Part shown: positions 51,311 to 64,000 of the stretch, piece after piece | Numbering within the stretch: position 1 is the stretch's first letter | Layout: each line of letters starts with the position of its first letter | Assembly: GCF_006345805.1 (NCBI RefSeq) | Contig: NC_043005.1 | Span: forward strand, 35,154,001-35,218,000 | Source: Octopus sinensis | Lineage: Eukaryota | Direction: 5' to 3' | Length of the DNA: 64,000 bases | Notes under the pieces: generated by a model | Databases searched by the model: none | The model's input: the letters and a program-made list of their open reading frames with translations, nothing else | Told to the model about the DNA's origin: nothing | Position numbers and translations under genes: made by a program

Positions 51311-52042
51311 GGATGTCTAGCATATTAGATGTCGACTTAGTGGTCATCCCTTATTATACGCATGTATTACAATTTTTCTGAGTTTTCAGATTTTTCTATA
51401 TGCTAGGCTACTGGTTTTAAATTGATGTTAATTAAATTTATATTCAATTTATCGCCCTCATTATCTAAATTTATACATGCATAAATACATACACATACAC
51501 ACACACATATATATATATACATACACACATACATACTTATAGATATATATATTATAGATATATATTTAATATATATATATATATACATACATACATATAT
51601 ATTATAGGTATATATATGATATATATATATTATAGATATATATATATATATAAAATGCAGGATGTGTGTGTGTATGTGAATGTAATTTATGCACATCCAC
51701 AAATTAGCACGCATGTCGCTCCAATTTTAGGAGGACTTTCATCATGACCCTAGCTGTATTTTCGTCAAATTATTTTCCCCTGAGGCACCAGCGAATAGCG
51801 GTAAAAATAAATTTTCAGCCATAACTTAACAATTTTCATGGCACAGAAATCCACCATTGTTTACAAACATGAGTTAAGTCCCCTTCTAGCGATGGGTAAG
51901 TTTTTGTTAAGACATTTGGTTTTTTTCTACTGAGGAAAAACGTGTTTTGTCAGTATACGGGCAGCACACACACACATGAAGATGTATGCGTACAAAAAGC
52001 ATGTATGCAATAGGTGTATGTATGTGTGTGTGTGTGTGTTGC

Positions 52043-52084
<42 letters not shown>

Positions 52085-54504
52085 TTAGGATTTAGCTCTG
52101 ATCTGAGCATAATGTAGAGTTAGTTGAGTACAGAGAGGTAATATGAAAATGAGATGGCAGAGGAATAAACAATTATCTTATAAACATTATTAGCTAAGAT
52201 AATCTTTTATTCCTTTGTCATCTCATTCTAGATATAGATATATAGATATAAATATAAATTATGTAAGCACAAGCATGGCTGTGTTGTTGAAAAGTTTGTT
52301 TCACAATCACCCACAAGGCTGGGACTATAGCAGAAGACACTGGCTCAAGGTGCCACACTACAGGATTGAACCGAAGCCATGAAGTTGGCAAATGAACTAC
52401 TTAACCATATAACCATATACATTCATACAAATACAAATGTATGTGTATACATGCTTGTGTGATTGTGTGTGTGTTGAGTGCATGTGTATGTGTGTGTTCA
52501 TATTTACAAATTCCAAACTATTTTAAAGCAAACAGTTTCATATATATGCTTGAAATAGATTCATTTGTTGTCATCATAAAAATGTATAAACATCTAATAT
52601 TGTTGCTTAATTCTATTCTTCTGAATATCATAAATATGCAACATCATAAATATTTGTGTCTCCTTCCTTCAAATAGAACTTTAATAAATAACACCTAATT
52701 AATAGCTATATAACACATATTACAACTAATAACAACAACTACTAGTAACAATAATTAACATTGCTGACATAAATACCTAAGATATTTAATTCTTTTATAC
52801 TTCCTCAATAAGGTGACCAACTAGTAGAATTGTAAGAGCGTTGAATAGAATGTCATATGGTAATTGCCCAAGTTCTCTATGCTCTGAGTTCATATTGCAT
52901 CAATGTCTGCTTGGCCTTTCATCCTTCCTGGTTCAATAAATGAAGTACCATTCCCACACTGAAATTAGCTTTTCTCTTTTTCCATTTCTGTCTGTTTGTC
53001 AGTCTTCTGCAAGACATCAACTGTAGCCAGGACCTGGAGAAGGAATGGCTCTATGTTCAAAAAAAGATGCCCAAGACTCACTGTATGTTATGAAGTACTC
53101 CTATAACTCTGTAAGAGGTTGAAGACTCAAGGCAGAATTTCTTTTAATACTTTGGTCATACGATAAGAGTTCACATTATTTGAAATTTCCCAGTGACACA
53201 CTTGTTTGATATAATTAGTGTTAATGGTTATGAAGAACGTAGTTAATATTGTTAAAGAATGAAAGTGTGAATAACTCATTTAATAATTAGTAACTTCCTG
53301 GTGTTCGTTTTCTGAATGAACAGATCTGTGTGTGAGTGTGTGCATGTATATGAATGTGAGCTTTGCCTGTGTGTGAGTATGTGTGTGTGTTTGCTTATGT
53401 ATTAGTGCATGAATGAGTTTATGTATGTCAGTTTTGTTTTTTTTTAATGTAAAGCTGTCGCTCCTCTGTTCATACATCTAAAACATTTGTTGTACAAATG
53501 TTGAAATAAACAGAATCTTGTAATACAATGACAATGGTATTCCCAGAAATTCTGGCATCTAATTAAATAATTTTATTTAATTTCATGTCCACATAGCTTG
53601 TTGATAGTAATATAGGTATGATGAATAACTCAGTTATGAAAAGAGCAATGTCCTCCGATAAAAGGAAAATAAAAAGCTGTAAGGTCTTAACATTATTAAG
53701 AATAAGATTAGTCCTTTCAGGTTAAGTTTTGCCATTATATTTTAGGAACTGAGGCAGAAGGGAGACTGGTAGAACGAAATTTCACCAATGTATGGCCACA
53801 AAACAGTTAAAGTTATCTAATACTCTATTTTTCCACAACCCAAGGTGCCTTGTGTTGCATCTAATTTTAACCTTTTGTTATATTTTATTATTATTAAAAA
53901 TCTGATTCCATGGAACCAAATATTTCCTTCAAGTCTTCCCATTAACTGTCACTGAAGGAGCTTCTATGTGGTCATTCATTCTGCTAGATATAACAGCATA
54001 ATCACCCTCAAAACTACATCATACTGTATTTTAAAAAGAAAGTGGGGGTACATTGGATAATGTAGTTTAAAGTAAATTATTCCAAGTAAAAACAAATGTG
54101 ATAGACATGGACTGACTTGGTCATAGGAAGGTCTTAGTCACAGCTGACCATCAACCACAACTGATCTCAAATAGAGTTGACTGATTGGGGGCTGATACTG
54201 ATCACAGGTGACCTTGAAAATGGCTAATAATAATAATAATAATCTTTTCAACTAAGGGCGCAAGGTCTGAAATTTTGTGGGGAGGAGATTACTTGATTAC
54301 AATGACCCCAGTATTTTGCTGGTACTTAAGTTAGTGACTCTGAAATGATAATAAAAATAATAGTAATTCTATGTAATTTTTGGCAAATTTGAGGAGAGGG
54401 TGTACAGTGATTATACTGACCCCATGTTTGCAGTTGAAAATTTTGTCTAGCTAGGACTTTCATGGTACCCTTAAAGCCAAGAACTTTTCAGCATCCCTTT
54501 GTGT

Positions 54505-54655
54505 GTGTATATCATCATCATCATCATCATTTAGTGTTCGCTTTCCATGCTAGCATGGGTTGGACGGTTCAACTGGGGTCTGGGAAGCCAGAAGGCTGCA
54601 CCAGGCCCAGTCTGATCTGGCAATGTTTCTATGGCTGGATGCCCTTCCTAATGCC
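54505..54655 (-). mobile_element. Family F 3' tail
   Basis: Reverse complement of the 5067-5209 tail, with (CAT)n on the plus strand. Confidence 0.8.
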
Positions 54656-55944
54656 ATATATAGATATATATATATATATACATCTATATATGTACAGTAA
54701 TCCCTCAGCTATTGTGGGTGTTATGTGCCAAATCCCCACATTGATAGGTGAAAATCCGCAAAGTAGAAACAGTACTGTAAAGTATATTTTTATTTTTTCA
54801 TTTTTATAATTTGTATATTTTTATTTTATTATAAATGCAAAACAACACTGCAGAGGAATTGACATAAGCTTAGATAATAAACCGTGATAGGTGAACTGCG
54901 ATATGGCGGGGGATTACTGTATGGGTTTTTGTTTTGTGTCTGTGTTTGTTCCCACTCAGCATGGCCACAGTCCAATGACAGAAACAAGTAGAAATTAAAC
55001 CGTAAAGCCAAAAGATATTTTCCCCTTCCTCGCCCCCAAACAACAGATATGTTTTTTTTTTTCCCCTGTTCATACATACACATGCAAACTACCAACAACA
55101 CAGCAGTTAGACTGCAATGAGAGAACAAGGGCTCTCATTGATTCCTCAATTCAAACAGGTTACTAAATACAAAACCTTTCTTTGACACTAAGCTGTTGTC
55201 ATGACGGTGTGAGGGTGGGGGTGGGTGGGGGAATTTGTTATTAAAATAAAACCAGAACCAACATCATCATGAATTGTTTCTTTTATTAGCTCTTGACATT
55301 TTTAAAGACTAGAACTTTGAAAACAATGGAAATTGTCAAGTTCTTATTGTTATGTGAGATCTCAGATCTGCTTATCCTAGAACTCTCAATCTTTTTTGTT
55401 AACCTCAAAAGTTAGAGAGGGCAAAAGATCTTATAAAGGTTACTAAAGTTCTCCTTTTTTCTTTCACACACACACACAAAGGATAATAGAGGAGATATGT
55501 CAGTTTCTCAATTTGTGAATCAGGAGTTTGTATTCTATCATAAATGACACAAAATATTTATATTTCTGTAAATGGAACACCTCAATAATGTCTGCACAGG
55601 CTCTCTCTTAGTGTGCATGCATGCACACACACACACACATATGTAAAGTGATGTACACAATCTTCCCTGCTACTTTCTCAGCCGCCAGCCTGTCACATTT
55701 TACCCCCTCTCATCACTTTGCTATAAAGTCATCATGCTCTCTCTCTCTCTCGTGGGTTCAAAGGGATTTGTTGAGGCAGATGATCTTGTAATTTTTCCTG
55801 TTTTTACTTTCTAAATATATAATTGCTTTAAATGAATCTCTAAATACCTTTAAGGTTTTAGACATTTCTCATACTACGAGCACTTATCTGAAATCCAAGT
55901 ATACTTTATTCTCATTGAATATATTTGATTAACTATATATGATG

Positions 55945-56830
55945 ATTGCCACTTCTTTACAGAAGAAGGCCAGCTCTTCAATTAATAAATACTGTCATGA
56001 GATCTTATATGACTAGTAAGTCCTCTTGACAAACAAACTCTACTGCAGATCTTACAAATATTTTTTAAGCAGAAAAGTGTCTGGGATTGTAGTTAAACCC
56101 TGTCTATGAAGTGCTCGTTTCAAGATAGATTGTTCAATTCTTTGAGCTTCAAATGCTTTACATCTATTGTAGATCATAACCGATCCGAGATCTTCATAGA
56201 AAGCCATAATAGATTCACTGCTACTATCAAGAGTAGGAGCACAAACAGACACAACAGTCATAAAAGGATTGCATGATAGAGGAGCTCGAAGATACATAAT
56301 CCTATTACTAGAACCATTAGGTTGTTCTAGTTTGTGGGTTAACTCGGTACAAATGGCAAAGCTAACACCCCTTACTCGATTTTCACCATTTGGTTTACCC
56401 TTCCAAAAGAAAGTGTATTCAGCACCTGTTTCTCTCAATTGATATTCATCACTCAACCGAGTTTCAGTGAGTGCAGCAATGTCGATGTTATACCAAGCCA
56501 ACTCCTTGGCTATTATGCCAATTCACTGCTCAGGGTTACTCAACCCTTCATAATCAAGAAGTGTCCTGACATTCCATACATCTACTCATAATCTATAATT
56601 CTTGCTTGCATTTTTTCCCTTTGTATTCCTCTTGCTGTAGTCAATAGCCATCAGCAGCAGGTTGATGACCAGCTTGATGGTAGAACAGGCATTTGTTTGG
56701 GTCACCTTTTCTAGACATTTCCCAGATTCCTGGGTGAGCAGTGCTACCCCAGAGAGGGCTGCTCAGACACTGTCGACCTCACCGAAGCATGCTGCTGTTC
56801 TTTCAACAATGCAGAGACATTAGATGGGCC
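55945..56830 (-). mobile_element. RTE (BovB-like) LINE with a large internal deletion
   Basis: WNVRTLLD...ELAWYNIDIAALTETRL...YTFFWKG...VCAPTL...FYEDL (APE endonuclease) is joined near 56170 to FEAQRIEQ..LKRA (ORF2 C-terminus-like). No RT domain. Confidence 0.8.
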
Positions 56831-56844
56831 CTTTATACATATTT

Positions 56845-56899
56845 TAACAAAACTGTCCGACGAACGGGAACGTGAAACTCTGAGTAACAGCTTTTGTTA
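56845..56899 (+). ncRNA. Minimal type I hammerhead ribozyme (PLE-type), one core variant (U4C)
   Basis: UAACAAAA-CUGU-CCGACGA-ACG-GGAA-CGU-GAAA-CUC-U-GAG-UA/ACAG-C-UUUUGUUA: 12-bp stem I with one bulge, 3-bp stem II with a GNRA loop, palindromic stem III, GUA site at 56884-56886. Confidence 0.7.
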
Positions 56900-57383
56900 T
56901 ATTTCTGCTGCTTTTAAATAAAGTATATATATATATACACACACATAAATAATCATATATATATATAAATATATATGTATAAATACATATATATACATAT
57001 ATATATACATATAGATACACATACATATATACACATATACATATATATAAACATATACATTGATATATACATATATATATATAAAGATCTCTCTCTCTCT
57101 CTCTGTATATATATATAAAGATATATATATATATACATAAAGATCTATATATATGTATATATATATATATATAAATCTATATACGTACATGTGTACATAT
57201 ACATCTCTATATACATATATAAACATATATGCAAACATCTCTATATGCAAACATCTCTATATACATATATATATATATATGATAGCACACTTGTAGAGTA
57301 AATTGAGTGTATAATTACAAATTCAGACTCAATTTAGTTACCCTTTGTTTCATATTTCATGTCCATATTAATATTATTAAATA

Positions 57384-57432
<49 letters not shown>

Positions 57433-57464
57433 TAACAATAATAATGATAATCATTGTTATTATT

Positions 57465-57675
57465 AAGGCAGTGGGTTGGCGGAATTGGTAGCATGCTGGA
57501 TAAAATGTTTAGTGGTATAGTGCCAGTCACTACGTTCTGAGTTCAAATTCCATTGAGGTCGACTTTGCCTTTCATCCTTTCAGGGTCAATAAAATAAATT
57601 CCAGTTGCATACAGGAGTCAGTGAAATTGACTCATCTCCACCTCCCTCAAGCTACCCTTGTGGAAAAATTTGAAA
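57465..57675 (+). mobile_element. SINE family D
   Basis: Similar to 22315-22537; follows (AAT)n. Confidence 0.7.
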
Positions 57676-57974
57676 TTATTATTATTACTACTACAACTAC
57701 TACTATGATGTTAGATATCATCATCATCTTCATTATTATTATTGGTTTGAAACATTCATATATATATATGTGTGTGTGTGTAGATGATTTACTGTTTTAT
57801 TTTCCCACTGTTTTAAAGAATAAGGATGATAACTTTATAAATGAACCCATCCCACCATGCTTTCTACACTCTTTTTCTTTACCTCCCACCCCAGTTTCAC
57901 AAACTCTTTAAAGCATCTCATCTCTCCCTCTTCTCCTCATCAACCCTGTACAGTTTTAACAAAGGGGTTATATA

Positions 57975-58019
<45 letters not shown>

Positions 58020-58364
58020 CATATAGATAATATGCATGCATGTATGTATATATATATATAAATATATGACACAACAAGCAGTTCTCTGTTTCATCACATA
58101 TACACACAATTCACAGTGATAGGCTGACTTCTGATGAGAACATAACAACCTCAAATCACACTGGGGAAATAACAACAACAGCAGCAATAACAATAATAAT
58201 AATCATAATAGCAACAATAACAACCACTTCATCAAGAGCAATGTATCAGTGAGATTTAGATTGAAGTTGGGTTCTCACTGCTTGTCAAGGACCATACAGC
58301 ATCTTGTTATCTTGTAGATATAGCATCTTCAACAAGTTGATTACACGCATACGCATATATATCT

Positions 58365-58765
58365 TTTATTGTTTACTTGAATTAGTCATTAGACTGCAGC
58401 CATGTTAGGGGCACTACCTTGAAGAATATGTACTTGAATGAATCGACCCCAGTACTTTTTAAAATTTTATCTTATCTGGTGCTTATTCTATTGATCTCTT
58501 TTGCTGAACTGCTAAGTTACGGGGATGTAGATAAACTAAAACTAGTTGTAAATCAGATGTAAAAGACAAAAACAGACACAAAGGTACACACACACACATA
58601 TTAAATGATGGGCTTCATTCAGTTTCTGCCCAAATCCACTGACAAGACATTGGTTGGCCTGAGGCTACAATAGAAGACAATTGCCCAAGGTGCCACACAG
58701 TGAGACTGAACCTAGAACCATGTGGTTGGGAAGCAAACTTCTTGCCACACAGCTACACCTGCACC
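58365..58765 (-). mobile_element. SINE family A
   Basis: Reverse-complement similarity to 40963-41372; its head abuts the satellite. Confidence 0.7.
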
Positions 58766-59206
58766 TATATATATATAAACATATACATGTGTATATATAT
58801 ATATACACATATACATGTATATATATATATATACACACATATACATGTATATATATATATATACACACATATACATGTATATATATATATATACACCATA
58901 TACATGTATATATATATATATACACACACATATACATGTAGATATAGTAATATACACATATACACACATGTAAATATATATATACACACATATACACATG
59001 TATATATATAATACATATACATCTACAATGTATATATATATATAGGAGTACACATTTACATGATATAGATATATATGGACACACATATACATGTATATAT
59101 ATATTATACACATATACATGAGTATATATATGTATACACTATACATGTAAATAGATATGTATCCACATATACATGTATATATGATATGTATACACATATA
59201 CACATG

Positions 59207-59238
<32 letters not shown>

Positions 59239-60274
59239 TGTATATATATAACATAGTATATATACACATATACATGTATATATAGTATATATATCTACAC
59301 ATATACAATGTATATATATATATATATATACCACATATACATGTATATATATATATACATATACATGTATATATATATATACATAATACATGTATATATA
59401 TATATACATATATACATTATGTATATATATATATTAATATTAGGGACAGGTATATAGATATGTATAACACTATATACATCTTGAATATATATAATATCAA
59501 ACTATAGGTAAGAGGGAAGGAAAGATATATACATGTATATATATATATCATAGTATCTATACATGTATATGGATATATATATATATAGTATACATATACA
59601 TGTATATATATAGTATACTATACATGTATAATATGATAATATATAGACATATACAGGTATATATATATATACAGATACATGTATATTATATATAACATAT
59701 ACATGTATATATATTATATATACATATACATGTATATATATATATAACATATACATGTATATATATATCTATACATATACATGTATATATATTATATACA
59801 TATACATTTATATATATACATGATACATACATGTATATATATATCATATATATATTATATACATGTATATACATGTAATCCTATATATATATATATATAT
59901 ATAGACAAATACATGTATATATATATATATACATGTATATATATTATATATATATATATTATATATACATATATATACATATACATGTATATATATTATA
60001 TAGATATATAATATATATATATAACTATATATACATATACATGTATATATATATATAGATCTCCATATAATACATATACATGTATATATATATATTATCC
60101 ATATATATACATATACATGTATATATATATATATATACTACATATATAGACATATACATGTATATTATATATTATATATATAATATATATATATACATAT
60201 ACATGTATATATATATATATATATAATATATACATATACATGTATATATATATTATATATATATATATATACAT

Positions 60275-60305
<31 letters not shown>

Positions 60306-60483
60306 GATCATACAATAATGTAATCTATATATATATATATAGATACATATACATGTATATATATGATATAATATCTATTATATATACATAGATACATGTA
60401 TATATATATATATATATATTTATATCTATATATCCATAACATATATATTATATATATATAATATATATATACTACTTTATTCA

Positions 60484-60559
<76 letters not shown>

Positions 60560-61790
60560 CATGTATGATATTATATATTATATTTAATTATATAATATCT
60601 AAAAATATATTATATATATATATATAATACATATCATGTAATATATATATATATATATATATAATACATATACATGTATAATATATCTATATATATCTAT
60701 ACATATACATGTATATACTATAGTATATATATACATATACATGTATATATATATATATACATATACATGTATATATATATATATAATATATATATATATA
60801 TATACATATTACATGTATATATATATATATATACATATACATGTATATTATATACACACTATACATGTATATATATATATATATGTATATTACATATACA
60901 TGTAGTATATATTATATACACATATACATGTATATATATTATACTATACACATATACATGTATATTATATATATACTATACCTGTATATATATATATATA
61001 TATATACATGTTATATAATATATCTTACGTAGCGGCCCCTCTGTTGCTCCTCTGTTTGTTGGGATAACTATAAAGCATTTTTAGAGAGTTATAGCCCAAA
61101 AATAGAAAAAATGGAAAAAAAATATGGTAAATTTTTGAGAGTTAAAAAGGTCGAGTTGCGACCCCTAGACAGTCTGTGGTTTGTGCTTCTTCTGATTCTC
61201 GACCCTCATGTCGAATTTATCGACTTTTTTCAGAACTAGGGGAACTTTTCAAAATTTTCGCTGCGGTAGTTTTGAATTATGACATTGGGCTATGTGTGGT
61301 GTCAAGTTTTCATCAATCAGCGTTGAAAGCCATGGTCAGGGTGAGGGTACAAGCAAACAGACACACAGAAACTCGCACAGACAAACTACTGCCGTTTTAT
61401 AGATAGATATTATATATATACATATATCATATACATATCATGTACTAATAGATATATATACATAGTTATATATAATAATATCATATACATACATCTAATA
61501 CAGGGACGATATATCTATATAGATACATACAATATATATCAGGAGACGTATAATACATTCATATGCTTATATATATATATATACATATACATGGTATATA
61601 TATATATCTATATATACAGCACTTATATATATTTATAATATATATACATATCAGGTATATTATATATATATATATCATATACATGTAGATATATATAATA
61701 TATACATATTACATGTATATAATATATATATACATATACATGTATATATATATATCTATACATATACATGTATATATATATAATATACAT

Positions 61791-61821
<31 letters not shown>

Positions 61822-61856
61822 CATATACATTATATATATATATATATATACATATA

Positions 61857-61893
<37 letters not shown>

Positions 61894-61950
61894 CATGTAT
61901 ATATATATCTATATACACACTATACATGTTATATATAATATATATACACT

Positions 61951-61981
<31 letters not shown>

Positions 61982-62148
61982 CATATACATGTATATATAT
62001 TATATATATACCATATACATGTTATTATATATATATATACATATACATGTATATATTATATATATATATATACATATACAGTATATATATAGATATACAT
62101 ATACATATACAATGTATATATATATATATATATACATATACATGGATT

Positions 62149-62180
<32 letters not shown>

Positions 62181-62250
62181 CATGTATATATTATATATAT
62201 ATATATATTATATAATACATATACATGTATATATATATATATATATACAT

Positions 62251-62291
<41 letters not shown>

Positions 62292-62548
62292 TGTATATAT
62301 ATATATATATATACATATACATGTATATATATATATATATACCATATACATGTATATATATATATCTATACATATACATGTATATCTATATATATATATA
62401 TACATATACATTATATATAGTATATATATATATACATATACATGTATATATATATATATAACATATACATGTATATATTATATATATAACATATACATGT
62501 ATATATATATATATATACATATACATGTATATATCGATATATATACAT

Positions 62549-62594
<46 letters not shown>

Positions 62595-62732
62595 ATATAT
62601 ACATATACATGTATATATATATATTATTTATATACATGTATATATATATATATATACATATACTGTATATATATATATACATGTATATTATATATATATA
62701 TATATATATCTATATTATACATGTATATATAT

Positions 62733-62778
<46 letters not shown>

Positions 62779-62823
62779 GTATATATATAAGATATATATA
62801 TATAATATATCATATACATGTAT

Positions 62824-62867
<44 letters not shown>

Positions 62868-62898
62868 GTATATATATATATATATATACACATGTATA

Positions 62899-62932
<34 letters not shown>

Positions 62933-62967
62933 CACATGTATATTAATATATATATAACCACTGTATA

Positions 62968-62998
<31 letters not shown>

Positions 62999-63573
62999 TA
63001 TACACATGTATATATATATATATATATATACATGTATATATATATATATATATACATGTAATATATAGATCTATATATATATACATATACATGTATATTA
63101 TAATACATATACATGTATAATATATTATATATACATATACATGTATATATATATATTATATATATATATATACATATACATGTATATATATACATATACA
63201 TATACATGTATATATATATACATATACTGTATATATATTATACATATACATGTATATATATATATATATATATACATATACAGTATATATATATATATAT
63301 ATATACATATACATGTATATATATATATATTATATACATATACATGTATTATATATAATATATTATATAATATTACATATACATGTATATATATATATAC
63401 ATGTATATATATATATATACATGTATATACATGTATAATAATATCTATACATGTATATATACATGTATATATATATATATACATATACATGTATATATAT
63501 ATATACATGTATATATAATATTATATATATACATGTATATATACATTATATTATATATATATATATATATCAT
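58766..63573. repeat. ~4.8-kb (TA)n-CATATACATG compound satellite
   Basis: The ACATATACATGTA anchor recurs throughout with variable TA spacers; interrupted by the Helitron at 61028-61407. Confidence 0.9.
61028..61407 (-). mobile_element. Helitron family H1a copy, 3' end garbled
   Basis: Reverse complement of 5451-5837 with many single-base indels. Confidence 0.8.
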
Positions 63574-64000
63574 ATACTTTGAATACTTTGAAATACTTTG
63601 AAAGGTTTCGGCCATTATTGGCCCAGGCCATGTCTAACTTAATAGCACCACCTGGTGAAGTCTTTCAAGTCAATTTGGGCACTATGGCCCACTCAATAGA
63701 GAGTTATTGTTTACAGACATATCCGGTGTAGGGGTTTAAATCCGGGATTTCTTGAAGGAATCTGTCCAAAGACTTCTTGAACCCTATAGGGTCAGTTTCT
63801 GTTTTAATGTGTTTTGGTGTAATGTTAAAGAGAGCGGGGCCAATTGAGGTGAAATAATTGTGCCGTATTGTTGTTATGAGATGAGAGTGCGATTTTTGTT
63901 TTGGGCGGAGGGCACGGGGGCCCAAGCCTTGGATGTACCTTAAAGTTGATGCCAACATCATTTGGGCAATGCTGATGGAATATTTTCCACATCATGCAGA
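63574..64000 (-). mobile_element. CR1-group LINE 3' end with (TCAAAGTAT)n tail; continues beyond the window
   Basis: HNYFTSIGPALFNITPKHIK.ETDPIGFKKSLDRFLQEIPD, followed by the shared 3' UTR and three TCAAAGTAT-type repeats. Confidence 0.85.

Noticed and set aside
53003-53082. Plus-strand 80-nt candidate exon (LLQDINCSQDLEKEWLYVQKKMPKTH) with a pyrimidine tract and GTATGT
   Set aside because: Two frames are open, the donor context is mediocre, and there is no recognised homology or compatible neighbouring exon.
53746-53789. Plus-strand micro-exon candidate (TEAEGRLVERNFTN)
   Set aside because: Signals of this quality are expected by chance in AT-rich DNA, and nothing else supports it.
42-63601. 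The many long ORFs rich in I/Y/H/T/C/V/M, and the poly-I, poly-N and poly-D ORFs
   Set aside because: They are translations of (TA)n, (CA)n, (AAT)n and (GAT)n microsatellites that happen to lack stops, with no domain content.

Overview
AT-rich animal DNA, intronic or intergenic. The SINE families and the density of (TA)n/(AAT)n tracts look cephalopod (octopus-like); that assignment is inference. I found no intact host protein-coding gene, rRNA, tRNA or CRISPR array, and almost all ORFs in the track are microsatellite translation artefacts. The window is a dense mosaic of repeats: at least four tRNA-derived SINE families; a family with an ATG-repeat tail and a variable internal VNTR; LINE remnants (CR1-group, RTE, R4/Dong, HERO-like); non-autonomous Helitrons; an internally deleted mariner; piggyBac-like and hAT MITEs; Penelope-like (PLE) remnants; and about 5 kb of (TA)n-CATATACATG satellite. 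Best leads: (1) minimal type I hammerhead ribozymes of at least three architectures in PLE-like remnants, one nearly intact at 56845-56899, one with an intact core at 3949-4021, and one rearranged into a 34-bp fold-back whose junction falls in its own stem II; (2) a decayed Myb/SANT-like + CCCH zinc-finger reading frame (31231-32168) downstream of a CpG-retaining segment; (3) a CpG-rich TATA/Inr/donor cassette with a long hairpin (38930-39355); (4) an (AAT)n-embedded nest of R4/Dong pieces and an unidentified retroposon. Family assignments come from motif recognition by eye, not database searches, and most boundaries are approximate.
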